Assembly: GCA_013265495.1 (NCBI GenBank)
Contig: MU058423.1
Span: forward strand, 1,875,061-1,939,060
DNA from: Vicugna vicugna
Lineage: Eukaryota
Direction of reading: 5' to 3'
DNA length: 64,000 nt
Shown here in pieces: positions 35,925 through 49,030 of the stretch. Numbering within the stretch: the first letter of the stretch is position 1; each line of letters begins with the position of its first letter. Under the pieces are notes generated by a model. That model ran no database searches. It worked only from the letters and a program-made list of their open reading frames with translations, and was not told the origin of the DNA. A program made the position numbers and the translations under genes.

Positions 35925-36358
35925 GCTACGGTGAGTTGAAAGGTAGCCCCCTAAAGGACACAGCCCCATTCCATTCCAACCTGTGAATGTGACATTATTT
36001 GGAAAAAGGATCTTTGCTGATGTAACTAAGTTAAGAATCTTGATATGAGATCATCCTAGATTACCCAGTGGATCCTAAATCCAATGGCAAGTGTCCTCAT
36101 CAGGGAGAGAAGAGGAGAAAGCTCGGTGAAGATGGTGACAGAGATTGGAGTTATGCCACCACAAGCCAAGGAATGCTAGCAGCTACCAGCAGCCAGACGA
36201 GGCAAGGAAACATTCTCCCCTAGAGCCGCTGAGGGAACATGGCCCTGCCAACACCTTGAATTCAGACTTCCAGCCTCCAGAACTGTGAGAGAATTCATTT
36301 CTGTTGTTTTAAGCCACCAAGTTTGTGGTAACTTCGGCAGCTGCAGGAAACTAGCACA
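35925..36358 (+). mobile_element. MaLR solo LTR (MLT1C/D-like)
   Basis: aacctgtgaatgtgacattatttggaaaaagg...cagcctccagaactgtgagagaat...ttttaagccaccaagtttgtggtaa. Confidence 0.85.
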
Positions 36359-38735
36359 GACGCTCACACAAAGGTTATCTGTCCTCCTCCTCCCTCCTCA
36401 CCCCTTCCAGCAGGGGTCCCGACAGGGATGCTCCTGGGCTGGGGACCCAGCAGGCCAGGTTCTGGCCAGCTGACAGCCCATTTCCTTTACAAGCAGTCGC
36501 CCCAGAGAAGGCCTCTCTGAAGAGCAAGTCTGAATAGAGGCACTGTTCCACCCTCACCTTGGGAAGGGAGCAGGCTTCCCAGATGTTCCAGAGCAGTTGA
36601 ACCCAGAGGACCAGAAATGAGCACCTACCTGGTCCACCAGGTTCACTGCCCAGGGGTGGGGCAGGATGACTGGTTCTCATTTATCTTGGCTTCTTGGAGA
36701 TGGCCCAGAAATTTACAGCTTATGTTCGTTTGTTTGTTTCTTAACCTCTTCTAAGAAAAGGAAACACTCTGTTCCCTTTGGAATCTGTGGGCCTGGTAGC
36801 ATCTGGCTATTTTGACTGAACTCCTCCATCAAGTTCCAGGCACCAGCGTCACTGCCCAGAGTTACGATGGGCCCAGGCTGGCTGAGGGCACACGTACCAC
36901 TTGGCATTTTCATGCTCAAATCTGAGTCCTAAGGCAACTGATCTCCCCCTACCTCCTCACTCCACAGAGAAGGAGCTGAGCTCAGAATGGTTATGGAATC
37001 ACCTGAGGCCACACCGCTCAACAGCGGTAGACCCCAGACTCTCCACCCAGCTGTGGCAGAGGAGGAAGCAGAGGAGGTGCAGAATGAAGAAGGCTGATTT
37101 TGGATCCCGTTTCTGCTACTTCCGTCTGCCGGGATTCCCTTACTCCTCCCCTCCGGTGTTTCTGAGCGGCCCAAAGGGAGAAGCTTGCTAACACACCTGC
37201 CCGCTGTGATGTCTTTCCAGGAAGTGGGACATACAGGCCCTCAGCCCGGAGGAAGCCCACTCATTTAGCTCTAAAGTTGAAAATGATAGTAACTTGGTCA
37301 CCTTCCCAGGTCGTGGGGTGGGACTCCTGTTAAGGAAAATTCGTGTTGATTTGGCAGAACCCCGGAAAGGAGATGCAGCCAGACTGGCCCACCATAAGCG
37401 GCGTTTGTATCTCCTCAGTGCCCAGTGTCAGACAGAAGATGGGGGCACCCTTAGCAACTAACTGCCAGGCTAGCTGATCAGTCAGTAAGGCCTGAAGAAG
37501 GGGCACAGAGGATATTCATAAACTCCACTGCCTCCTTGCACCCCCACCACTTTATCCCATCCCATCCCCCTTCCCTCTCCCACTCTGGGGCCCTCCCACC
37601 GCCCCAAAAGCCAGCCTTGTTATTGCTCTCCGGCCAGCCCCTACCCTGCCCCTAGATGGGGATCTCCAAGGAGGTTCGTATTCAGGGTACTCTGGGGTAC
37701 AGGAGGGACAGGACAGCATGGGGCCTCGAGCCCAGAGGTGTGGTCTGGTCTGGGCCTGGGGAGCTTTTCCCATAAGACCCAGCCCAGAAGAAAGCCTGGG
37801 GCCCTTCTCTCTTAGGCTGTGCTCCCAAACACTGGGGATCCAAGCTGAGTTTGGAGGTTAGGTTGGACAATTAGCAGGACAATTTCCCACCCCCACTGCC
37901 TCACAGCTCTCGGGGCCGACCCAGAAGTCCAGCTCCTAATTTCCTGATCACCTTTCTCCCCAGGCAGCCCGCAAGTTGTGCTCTCTCCCTGACCCTGGCA
38001 CACCAGCCTCCAGACCCTCCAGCCCTAGACAGCAGAGTCCCAGCACCTGCGCTGTCTCCCGGCCTCACCCCTAGCCCGTCTGCAGCCAGAGCGGATGAGT
38101 GGGCTGTTTTAGGGCAAGTCTTGAAATGGCAGCCAAGTGTGTGCAGGGGAGCTTGGAAAAGCAGGCAGGACAGCGACCTTCAGTCATAGGGACCCATCAC
38201 TGAGCCGTCGACGAGCATCATCTGATTTAATTCTTACACAGTCCTTAGGAGATCTCATTACCCAATTCATAGCTGAGGAAATGGAGGTTCTCTTACCCAA
38301 GTCAAACAGATGACAAGTCACAAGGCCAGAAACTCACCCCAAATCTGACTTTAACTGCCTGCTCCTGACCCCTGCACTACGCGGCCTCTGATGTGCGAGA
38401 AAGGCAGAAGGCGGGGCGGGCTGCCTCTGCGCTGCTGCAGAGGGTGAAAGCGAGACTAAAGTGTGGAAATAAATAAATAGATTAATTAATTAATTAACAT
38501 TTTAAAAACAGTTTGCAAATATTCAATAACAGTTATCGTAAGAGGCGGGTAAGTGTGGAAGTCCCTGGGAGAAGGTTTTGGCCCTGGACAAGGAAGACTA
38601 TTCCAGCTGGTAAGGGCGTGAGCCACACTAAAGCATCACGCCTCTTGCTGCTAGATGTGTTCCAGAACAGGTGCATGGCTTACCGTCTGCAGAGAGGCCG
38701 GAGGTGATTCTTGCCTTTGATAGCCCTTAAATTCC

Positions 38736-39267
38736 TAAGAGACTGAATTTACAAATGGACGATGGCCAGCCCATATATAAAAATAGAACTCTGACCCCTC
38801 ACCTGCAGCCACCAGCACAGGAACTAACCCCTTATCTATAGTACCTGGCCCAGGAAGCCAGTCTGATATAAACCAGACTTACAGGAAGTCAGATGGCTGG
38901 CTCGAGCTGTCCCAGGAGCCCAACAATAACCTCTGAAACAATCAGTCCCAAGTGCCCAGGACTGAATTAATAACTAACAGCTTCTTTCACTTTTGACCAA
39001 CCAAAGAAAGTCAAATCGACTCCCCTAACCAGTCACATAGGATGCCCCACTTCCAGCTGGCCGGCCACCAGCTCAGCTGCCCCAGGCCAACAGTCTCCAG
39101 ACAGGGCACATCTGAAGACTCCCCTGTTTCTCCCACTTTAGAGCTGGCCCTTCTCTGCCTGCCTTTGAGTCTCTGCCAAAATCCAAGGACAGTGGCTGAC
39201 TCCCTTGCTGTAACAAACTTCAGAATAAATAGCCTGTGCTTTTCTCATCTGCTTCTCTATTTCCACA
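38736..39267 (+). mobile_element. Ancient LTR (MER21/MER34/MER39-like)
   Basis: aaaatagaactctgaccc...ctgcctgcctttgagtctctgccaaa...gctgactcccttgctgtaac...aataaatagcc...ttccaca. Confidence 0.7.
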
Positions 39268-41048
39268 AGCCTTTCAAACACTAAGGGTCAAACGTATGAG
39301 TGTGTGCATGAGATGGGGAGAGAAGACGCGTCTGTGATTTTATGCCTGTGTCAGACTGTGTGTATTCGGGTACCTACGTAGAAATCTCCTTTATTATTCT
39401 TGCTCCGAGATCCCTGCTCCTAGGTCCAGCTCACTGACTTTCTTGACCTTGGATAAATCCCTAGTATCAGGCTCTGCCAGGGCCTCATGATGTCACGTGC
39501 GAGTGTAGCTCTGGGCGTAGCTCTGATTTCAGGGACAGCCAAGAGGGAAAGTTCCACGTGAGCTCAGATTTACCTGCGCGGACAGAGTCTGCCTGCAAAA
39601 GGCCACTTCTTCACACCTGAGGTCCCAACATTTTCTCTGTCCTGAAGGAGATCTCAGCCTGCAAGTGCAGGGAGTTACTCTTCACCCAACCAGGCAGATG
39701 GGAACCAGCCCATAAGTGCCCCAACCAACCCAGAAGGCCCTGGGAGAGTTCGGGCCCCGTCAGAGAGAACGTATTTTTTTATTAATGTTCCCCCCCTCTT
39801 CCTTGGCGCCCTTTGCCCACTCTTCCCTCCCATCTGCTAGAATCGCCCTTCAAGTAAACCACCAGCAACCACACCTTTGCCTCAAGCTCTGCTTCCTGAG
39901 GCACCCAAGCCAGGAGGTCACCCAACATCTTAGAACTTCCTCTTCCTTCTCTACAAAGTAAGGGGTTTACAGATACTGCGCCTCGGGGACTGTCCTGGAG
40001 GAAGGGTAACCTTCCGCAGCTAGTGAGGTCCAGCCAAGGGCTCTCCACACAGTCCGGCAGAGCCGCCCCGCCCTCAGCTGTCTCATCCTGGGGCTCCAGG
40101 TGAGTTCGCTTTGTCAAAAGACTAGGCTTTGACATGTGGGAAGACCACTGGGCCACCCTCCAAGCCCTGGAGGCAGCACTAGAAAGGCGAGCCCAGTACC
40201 CAGGGCGCCTGCTGACATGGGGCCGCTCATCTGGATGGCACTGCTAGGGCCTCCTCTCCAAGGACCTGCTCGGAGCCGCCTGCCTGTCTAGTCGTGAAGT
40301 CACAGCAAAAAGAAGCACGAGGGTATGTGCCCTCGGCTGGATGGTTCCAATAAATTTCTGGACATTTCTATCTGGGATGGATTTCTTCTTCCCGTAAGAG
40401 GATCCCCCCAGGAACCAGAAACCTCTCTGGTTCATTAACTCGGTTGGTTCCCCTATAAATGTCAAAGCCACCCAATGTCTTTGAAGTGGCGGCAGCCATA
40501 AACAGCCCTGGTGCTGCCTTGCTAACAGCAGAGTAGGGAGGTCTTGGAGACAATTGGATGACTTCAGCCTCCTTGTGCTCTAATTACTCCCAGCTAAGCA
40601 GAAAGTTGTCCCAGAGTTGGAGGACAAGGAGGGCAACTGCTAAAAGCCAGAGGCCCAGGAACAAGGAAACCTGTGGGCCAGACCCCCTTCCCTAAGCAGT
40701 CAGAAGAGATTTCCTCCGCTTTGTGCAGGTCAGAGCAGGCTTCTCGGGAGCGGAAAACCTGGAGGTCAGTCCTCCCAGTGGGTTCCCATTTGGTCCAGCC
40801 TGCACAAGCTTCTTCCTAGGCATAGATGGATCTTGAGCCAAAGAAAACTTGGGGCCAGCAGGAGGGTGGGTAGAAAAGCCCCTGAGGGGCCACAGCCCCA
40901 ATCCTGCCACTGCGTTCTCAGTGGAGGGGCCCCTCTGCCTGTGGTTTTCCATCCATGGAATGAGGTAGACACCCCTCCGGAAGTCACAGACTGACAGGAC
41001 AGCAGCAGCTCAGAGGTCTTCCTTCACCTTAACAAGAAGCACAAAGAA

Positions 41049-41210
41049 GGGAGGGTGTAGCTTAGTGGTAGAGCATGTGCTTAGCTTGCATAAAGTCCTG
41101 GACTCAACCCCAGTACCTCCATTAAAGATTAAATAAATTAAAATAAAACTTTCAAATAAATAAACCTAATTACCTATTACCTCCCCAAAAAATATGTTAA
41201 AAAAAAAAAA
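41049..41210 (+). mobile_element. tRNA-derived camelid SINE (Vic-1-like)
   Basis: gggagggtgtagcttagtggtagagcatgtgcttagc...cagtacctcc...aaacctaattacct...A-tail. Confidence 0.8.
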
Positions 41211-41607
41211 GAGGCAGATGACATACTTGGAGCCTGTATCAAGGGCTGAGAGCCCTGCCCAGTGTGATCCCACCCTCAGCATGGACCCTCCTGAGCCTGA
41301 CCTCTGTGGTCCAGCGTTCTCCCGGCCAGACTCCTGCTTAATCTCTGCCTTTTCATCCAGCTCCCCTAGGTCACTACCAAAAAACAGTTTCATGTCCTCT
41401 CTTGTTAACTCTGTCTCCAGCTCTCAGACGTCTTTAAGAGGCTATTTCCATGTCAAAAATGAATAGTGCTTTTATTTCACAAATATCAAATCATTCCATT
41501 GTACATTTGAAACTAGTACAATTGTTATATGTAAAATACAATGTTATATTGTCAATTGTACTTTGAGAAAGAAAGAAAAGAAAGAGAAGGTGAACAATGC
41601 TCTAGTG

Positions 41608-42062
41608 CAGTTTTCAAACTGTTTTCACCAAGAGCCACCTTAAGAAACAGATTATAACCCAGCACTCACAAGTATGAATGTATGATTCTACAAAACTGAA
41701 AGAAAGGGTCCGTGCACGAATGTGCGTTCCTATGACACGCAGTGCTGTCTGGTATTTTCTATTCTAGTCTATGTTTCATTCCTTGGTGCTGGTTGAGATT
41801 CTGTAAGTCAGGGATCAGCAAATGTTTTCTGTGGAGGGCCAGACAGTGAACGTTTCAGGCTCTGAGGACCGCGTGGTTGCAACTACTCAAGGCTTCCATT
41901 GTAGAGGGAAAGCTGCCATAGACAACAGGAAAGAAATGGGCATTGCTGTGTTCCAATAAAACTTTATTTACAAAAATGGGTGGTAGGTTGACTTTGGCCC
42001 GTGGGCCATAGTCTGACCTGATTTCATGATCAGCGGACTAACTCATGGCTTGAAAAACACTG
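41608..42062. mobile_element. hAT-Charlie-type MITE interrupted by MER58A (41809-42020)
   Basis: Outer TIRs cagttttcaaac / ttgaaaaacactg with ctctag(tg/ga) target; inner MER58A motif tgtgttccaataaaactttatttacaaaaa. Confidence 0.7.
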
Positions 42063-42953
42063 CTCTAGGAGACGTTCCCCCATCTTTCCTCCTAACAGAA
42101 ACCAAATTTTGTTCAGTATGTACCTCTTCTCCATGGAGCACAACCCCCAGGGAGCTGATAAACCATGACTCAGGTAAGGGACCATACCCCCCGCACCAGC
42201 GCTGGGTCTTCATCAGTCAAAGTCCACCCACCACATCACCCACCTGATAACGCCTGTAAAGCTCCCGGGTGGACACAGGACTGAAGTTGGCCCAGTCAGC
42301 CAGGAGAAGGACGTAAAGTCTGTGCTTTGGAAAGTGGTTTCTTTCTCCTGTCGGAGCTAACCCAGAAGCACGGTGCAGGTTTCCCCTGGCACGTGGGTGT
42401 TGGAGGATTAGGCCCATCAGGGTAACCAATCTTAGGAAAAACCCAGTGCCAAGGATGTCAGAGCAGAAAGATGAAAAGAATCTGGATCCTTGATTTGACC
42501 ACATGTTAGGCCACTGTAAATCAGGGTTTTTGATTTCTTGAGGCCAAAAACACCCTGACAACCGGGCTGCCCATCATGGGCTTGGGTGCCTGCCCACAGA
42601 TGGAACATTGCTCCATTCCAAGCAAGTGCAAACTTCTGGAGAAAGACCCGTCCTCACTCCACGAAGCTGGGATCCCAAACCCCCTCACCCACGGACCAGT
42701 GCCTCTCTCTCCCTGGGGCGCAGCCCCATGGAAGCTGGCAGCCTTCAGGGCATTTTAGGCTCTGGGGTCTTCCCTTCCTCACACATGGCTAAGAAGAGTA
42801 GGTTGGCACACTCTGAAATCAAGACTAACTCACTTCAATTTTTTTATTTAAAAAGCCACCCAGTAGCCTTCAGCTGAGGGAAGGCAGGCTCAGCAGGAAA
42901 CTTACATCTATCACATGGGTGGTTGTGGGTGCTGAGGATTTAAACAAGGAGGC

Positions 42954-43285
42954 TGTTAGACTGGGGTGGCTCTGATGCCTTGGTAGCCACATAAGCACCC
43001 CAAGCCTAAGCCAGAGTCAATGCTCTCGAATCTGAGGACCTGACACATGAAGACAACCAATCACAAACAGCCCACTGGGCTTTCCCAAATAAGGCAACCA
43101 CTTTAGCTACAGCCAATCAAATCATTTCTTCACTTCGCTTCCGCATCTTCTCTCTGAAAACTTTGCCCCTCGCTCCTGTCAGTGGAGCACACCGAAACAC
43201 CTTTGGTTTGGTGCTGCCGGATTAGAATCAATATATGCTCAAATATACTCAAAAAATTTTAATGTGCTTCAGTTTCTTTTTAACC
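42954..43285 (+). mobile_element. Short solo LTR (ERV1-like)
   Basis: TGTTAG start, two CCAAT(C) boxes, ...aaaattttaatgtgcttcagtttctttttaac end. Confidence 0.6.
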
Positions 43286-43455
43286 GGGAATAGGGAAGCA
43301 ATCCAAATGGGAGAAATCTGGTATTTAAGTAGGCCCAAGGAAACAGGCCTACTCTCATTCAGGGTGCCGAGAACAAGAATAAAATAGAGTGTACAGTGCC
43401 ACAGAACTGTACGTTCAAAAAATCATCAAAATGGCCAATTTGGCGGGGGCGGGAA

Positions 43456-43588
43456 GGGGGGAGGTGTGGCTCAGTGGTAGAGTGTGTGCTTAGCATGCAC
43501 GAGGTCCTAGGTTCAATCCCCAGTATCTCTGTTAATAAATAAATAAAAATAAATAAACCTCATTACCTCCCTCCCCCCTAAAAAAAAG
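43456..43588 (+). mobile_element. tRNA-derived camelid SINE (Vic-1-like) inserted in an L1 3' terminal fragment
   Basis: ggctcagtggtagagtgtgtgcttagcatgcacgaggtcctaggttcaatccccagt; L1 terminus motifs on both sides. Confidence 0.8.
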
Positions 43589-45978
43589 AGTAAATGTTAT
43601 GTTACATATATTCTACCACCAAAAACAAGAAGGAGAAGGAGGAAAAAGACAAATGAGGGGCCCTGAGGTCAGCATGTTGAAATTCTCCATAACCTCCTTA
43701 GAAAGACAGGCAGGAAATATTGTCCCGCAGGTCTGTTGATGTGACTTCATTTCCAGGAAGGCCTGGGTGGGGACTGGCTCTGGGGACATTAGGCTGATGG
43801 GCTGGGAAAATGGGGAAAGTCCTGGGGCTGACTCAGGAGCAGCGACCAAAGCCAGACCCTGCCAGTAGGCATCGTTCTCCCACGCCCCACCCCCAAACCC
43901 TGCCATCTACTGGGAGGCCAAGAGGAACATTACTTTGGACAATTACTATCGGCAGGTGCCATGAGAGGAAGGGCGGGAGGATGGAGAGGACCAAGAAAAA
44001 TGACAGGCTCACCAAAGGCCTTAAACTTGTTTGCAACTCCACCTTGCAGTTTCCTAGCTTGGACCAGGGGGAGAGGAAGGAGGAAGAGGATGTCCAGGTC
44101 CCAGCCACGTAGGGCAGGGGCTCTCTGGTTTTACTCAGATGCTGCTGCGTGTGAGGAAAGTAAGAAAGGAGGAAGGAAGGCTTCCCACCGCAGCCCAGAC
44201 CGGTAGGTGCAGGTCTCTAAGGGGGTGGGCTCTGGTGAGTGAGCAGCCAGGCTGAGCTCAGGAAGTAGCTCCTCTCTGGGGGTGGGGTCTTTGCTAAAAT
44301 GCAATAGTGCCTGGTGTGTGAGAAATAAATGTTAACAGCGGGGTGTATGTATCTTTTTGAATTAATTCTTATTTTGTGGTTGGCTTTATTCTTTTGATAA
44401 CTATGTAAGTTTAAAAAGCTGAAGTTCTAAATATTCTTAGAAACAATGGACTGTACATATATATAAATTAAAATATATGTGCAGTAAATTGTGTACCTGT
44501 ATTTACATGCAATATATTGCATATGTGCAGTCAAATTGTAACACATCTACCTAATAAAACTTCAAATAAAAAAGAAATTAGCCATTTATACTGGATTTAT
44601 ACTGAGTATCAATGAGATAATAACCACAGGCTTCAAGGGAGCTTCCCCTCCCAGTAGGAGAGGCCCGGGTTGTGTTTTCGTCTCTGATCACAGTAATGAA
44701 TTCTAGCAATGCATTTAGCCTCCTGGTTCAGGTCGCCCAGTTGGAGTCACAGTTCTTCCTTTGAGAGGGATGGATTGGGAATGGGGTTATGACTCAGCAA
44801 TGCTTTCCCCATCTCTAGTGGTTGATGAAAAAAATTGCCTTTTTTTTTTTTTTTAACCTTTTGGCAAAGAGGCTGGGACTGAGCCCTGGAAGTTCTGCCC
44901 AGGAACCTTGACTCCTGGGATGTCAGTCCTTTCTAAGGAGGTCACCCACCTGGCCGTTCTGGGCAGAGGTTGGGAGACATATACACATGGGCCAAGATGA
45001 TTCCTACAGATTCCTATAGACTCTAAGGATTTGCCCCCAGATAAAATCCTCTTCATGTTCCCTCAGTTAATGTTTATCCTCTCAAAGTGGTTCATTACAC
45101 TTGAGCTGAAAATAAGACGTAGCCCGCTCAGGTCTGAAGGTCAGTGGTTCCTACCATATCCATGCAACATCACTTCGAGAACTGCTTCCCAGAAGCCAAC
45201 AATTAATTCCCCTCCGGAAACAGGGACTGGAATGGCTGCAAGGGGTCAGACATCCTAACAGGGCTGGCCTCATCTTCTGTACCCACCCCTCTGGTTCTAA
45301 ATCCACTTTGGAGGTGAGGGGACCACACAGCCTTGGAGCATCCTTGTGGGAAAGGCTCACTGGCTCTCCCTGCATCCCTCTATCTCTCACAGACTTTGAA
45401 CAAGATAACAGGCCCATCTTGAATAGAGTTCGATAGATTCACAGACAAAAGGAGCATGTATCACTTGCAAAGCAAGCCGCTGGGGTACAAGCCAACTCAG
45501 TCTGCTGGAAAGGGCTCAGTGTCCCCCTGGGGTGGCAGCGCAGAGAGAAGCCTTGTGACTGGACACCAAAGAACACAGAGTTGGGCAGAGCACGCCTTGG
45601 TTGAGTTAATGAGCAGGGGACTGAAGATTGTTTACTGATGTGGGGAAATGTTAACATTATATTGTTAAGTGAAAAAAACTGGAAACAAAAAAGAATGTAC
45701 AATGTGACCCTATTGTGCACATGCGTGTGGGAATATGACTGCATGGACACACACAAAGCACAGGATTGAAAGGGAAGGCACTCAAATGTTAACATTTTAT
45801 CTTGGCTCAGAGGAATTGCTAAGGATCTTGGGTTTGGTTTCTTTGTTTGTCTTGGTGGTTCTTTCGTCTTCATATGTTTCTATATTTTTCCATTCTGTTT
45901 GTGCACTGGTTCCTTTTGTGATAGAAAACAAAGTAAATGTTATTTTAAAATAATTATAAAAGGGTGGAAAAAGGCAGA

Positions 45979-46153
45979 GGGCAGGGTATATAGCTCAGTA
46001 GTAGAGTGTGTGCTTAGCATGCACAAGGTCCTGAGTTCAGTCCCCAGGACCTCCATTTAAAATAAATAAACAAGCCGCATGACTCCCTACCACCACCAAA
46101 AAAGAGGCAAAAAAAGATTTAAAAAATAATAATAAATGGATCTTTAAAAAAAA
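45979..46153 (+). mobile_element. tRNA-derived camelid SINE (Vic-1-like)
   Basis: tagctcagtagtagagtgtgtgcttagcatgcacaaggtcctgagttcagtcccc; A-rich tail. Confidence 0.8.
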
Positions 46154-47680
46154 AGTGGGAAGGGGAAAAATAAAAAAGAACATTAGTCTTGGAATTATTT
46201 AGAATTAATAATAATCCTCATTCTGTCCCCTTTTAGCTGGTATCCTTAGATAAATTTCTCTTCCCTGGGCTTCTGTTTCCCCTCCCTATATCATCTACAC
46301 AGTACACACTGAGACAGAAAAAGCAAATCTACTGTTTTTATGGTGGTTGGTTAGTGTTTTCAGAGCAAGGGTGCTCAGCAGCCAGCAAAAGATGGTTGTG
46401 AAGTTAAGAAGCGATTTTCGGTTTCCTCTGCTGACACCGAGGATCTAACGTGGACATGAGGCAGCCTGGAGGAATCCCAGGAAATGGTACAGCTGGGAGG
46501 CGCCCACACTCACCATCCAAATGCCCCCAGCGCCTCCAACCCAGGCATGGGTGGAGCCGAACACCAGAGACCTTTGGGTGTCTGGTCAGCAAGATTCTAG
46601 CCCCATCTGTGGCCATGACTAATGAGAGATGACACTCAGGAGTCTGGGACCCAGTCTCCAACACAGTCAGTTTCTTTCTGAAACATTGTGTAGGTGCTTT
46701 TAAGTGAGGGCCAAGCAAGGCTGGGAGCGGAGATAGATAGATTCACCTGCAAGTTGATCAGACCCAGAGCCAAGTAAAGTGGCTGGGCTTCCACAGCAGT
46801 GTCACAAGAGATGGGGCTGAGCATGGCTCCAGAGGACCCTGGGGAAAAGAGTAGGAACATCCATAGTGGCCCAGCAGTGTCTCCTCTCTAGCAAAGCTAC
46901 AAACAGCACATCTTCATCCACCTCCCAGCCCAGGAGTCAGACATCACATAGCATCAAGGGTGGCTCTTCAAAGAAAAGCAAGAAAAAAAGTTTCTGCACA
47001 TGACATACACCTGAAAAATTCTCTTTTGTAAGTTCATTATGTTTCATTGATGTGTTTCATCCAGCAACTCCTTCTTGTGTGGATGATGACCAAACTAGAA
47101 TCCAAGCATTTTAGAGGTGGAAGGAAACCCTGAGATTAGACAGCACCCCCACTGCCCAGCACTCAGGTGTAATGTCCTCATTTGATGGGTGAGACTACGA
47201 TCATGGTCACAGACTCAAGAAAACACAGGTCTGCTGCTGCCAAGTGGCTTTACCCCATTGGTCCTTCTTCATTTCTATTCAACAAACCAGAGCACACAAC
47301 AAGGAGGCAAAAATGAATAAGACAGACCTCCTGCCCTCAAGGGACTGGTGGGGAAAACAAGGACATAAGTGACTGTGATGTTCAAAAATAATGCTAATTA
47401 TTCAAAACCTGGAAATAAGGCCACCAGAGGACAGCAAGTCCTTCCAACATCATTTGGTCATTGTTTCACAAGCCCACCCAAGGATTACTTAATTACCCGG
47501 GGGAACATATCTTTGTTTAAAGGCTATTTACCATTAATTAGGAGCTCAGACTCCATGAAGTTACATGGTAACTTGTAGATCATGTCCAGTAAAGATATAA
47601 ACAGTTTCTATCCAATAGAAAGTATAACATCAAAGATTAATTTTTTAATTGCCCCAGAGGACATTAACCAGTTTTGCTTT

Positions 47681-49030
47681 GTTTTTTAATGGTGGTAAAA
47701 TACACATAACATAATAAAATAAAATAAAATAAAATACACATAAAGTTTTACCAACTTAGCCATTTTTAAGTGTACTATTCCGTGTCATTAACTACATTCA
47801 CATTGTTGTGCGACCATCACCACCATCCATCTCCAGAACTCTCTTCATCCTGCAAGACTGAAACTCTGTACCCATTAAACAATGACTCCCCACTCTCCCC
47901 TCCCCCAGCACCTAACTACCACAGGTAACTTTCTGTCTGCATGAATCTGACTACACTACTTACCTCATATAAGTAGAATAATGCAGTATTTGTCCATGAG
48001 ACTGGCTTATTTCACTCAGGATAATGTCTTTAAGTTTCATTCATATTGTAGCATGTTAGACTTTATTTCCTTTTTAAGGCTGAACAGCATTTCATTGTAC
48101 ATATATACCACATTTTGTTTATCCATTCATCATTCATCTGTCCTTGGAAAATCATTTTGCTTCTACCTTTGGCTGATATGAATAATACTGCTATAAACAT
48201 GGGTGTCCAGATCTCTTGAGACTCTGCGTTCCACAAGTGGAATTGATGGATCATATAATAACTCTACGTTTTATTTTTTTTTTAGGAACTACCATACTGT
48301 TTTCCATAGCTGCTATACTATTTTTCATTCCCACCAACAATGCACAAGGGTTCCAGTATCTCCAGATCCTTGCCCAAACTTGTTATTTTCTGGTTCTTTG
48401 ATCCTAATGAATATGAGGTGGTACTCAGTGTGGTTTTGACTTGCATTTCCCTAATAATTAGTGATGCTGAGCATATTGTCATATGCTTACTGGCCTTTTG
48501 TATGGCTTCTTTGGAGAAATGTCAATCCAAGTGCTTTGTCCATTTTTAAGTCAGGTTGTTTGGGGTTTTTTTGTTGTTGAGTTGTAGGAGTTCTTTTATA
48601 TATTCTAGGTATTAACCCCTTACCTGATGCATAATTTACAGATATTTTCTGCCATCCTGTGGGCTGTCTTTTCACTCTGTTGATAGTGTGCTTTCATGCA
48701 CAAAAGTTTTAAATTTTGATGTAATCCAATTTGTCCTATGTTTTTCGTTTCCTGTGTTTTTGGTGTCAGCCAAGAAATCATTACCAAATCCAATGTCATG
48801 AAGCTTTTCTCTTATGTTTTCTTCTAAGAGTTTTATAGCTTTAGCTTTTCCATTTAAGTCTTTGATCCACTTTGAGTTAATTTTTGCATATGGTATAAGA
48901 ATTCAACCTCACCTCTGGCATGTGGATGTCCACTTTTCTCAGCACCATTTGTTTAAAAAACACTGTCTTTTCTCCCACAGAATGGTCTTGGCATTCTTGT
49001 CAAAAATCATTTGACCACATATATAAGTGC
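47681..49030 (-). mobile_element. L1 (L1MB-like) 3' 1.35 kb with TSD
   Basis: Reverse-complement L1 3'UTR/ORF2; flanks aaccagttttgcttt (47666) and aaccagttttgtttt (49031). Confidence 0.9.
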
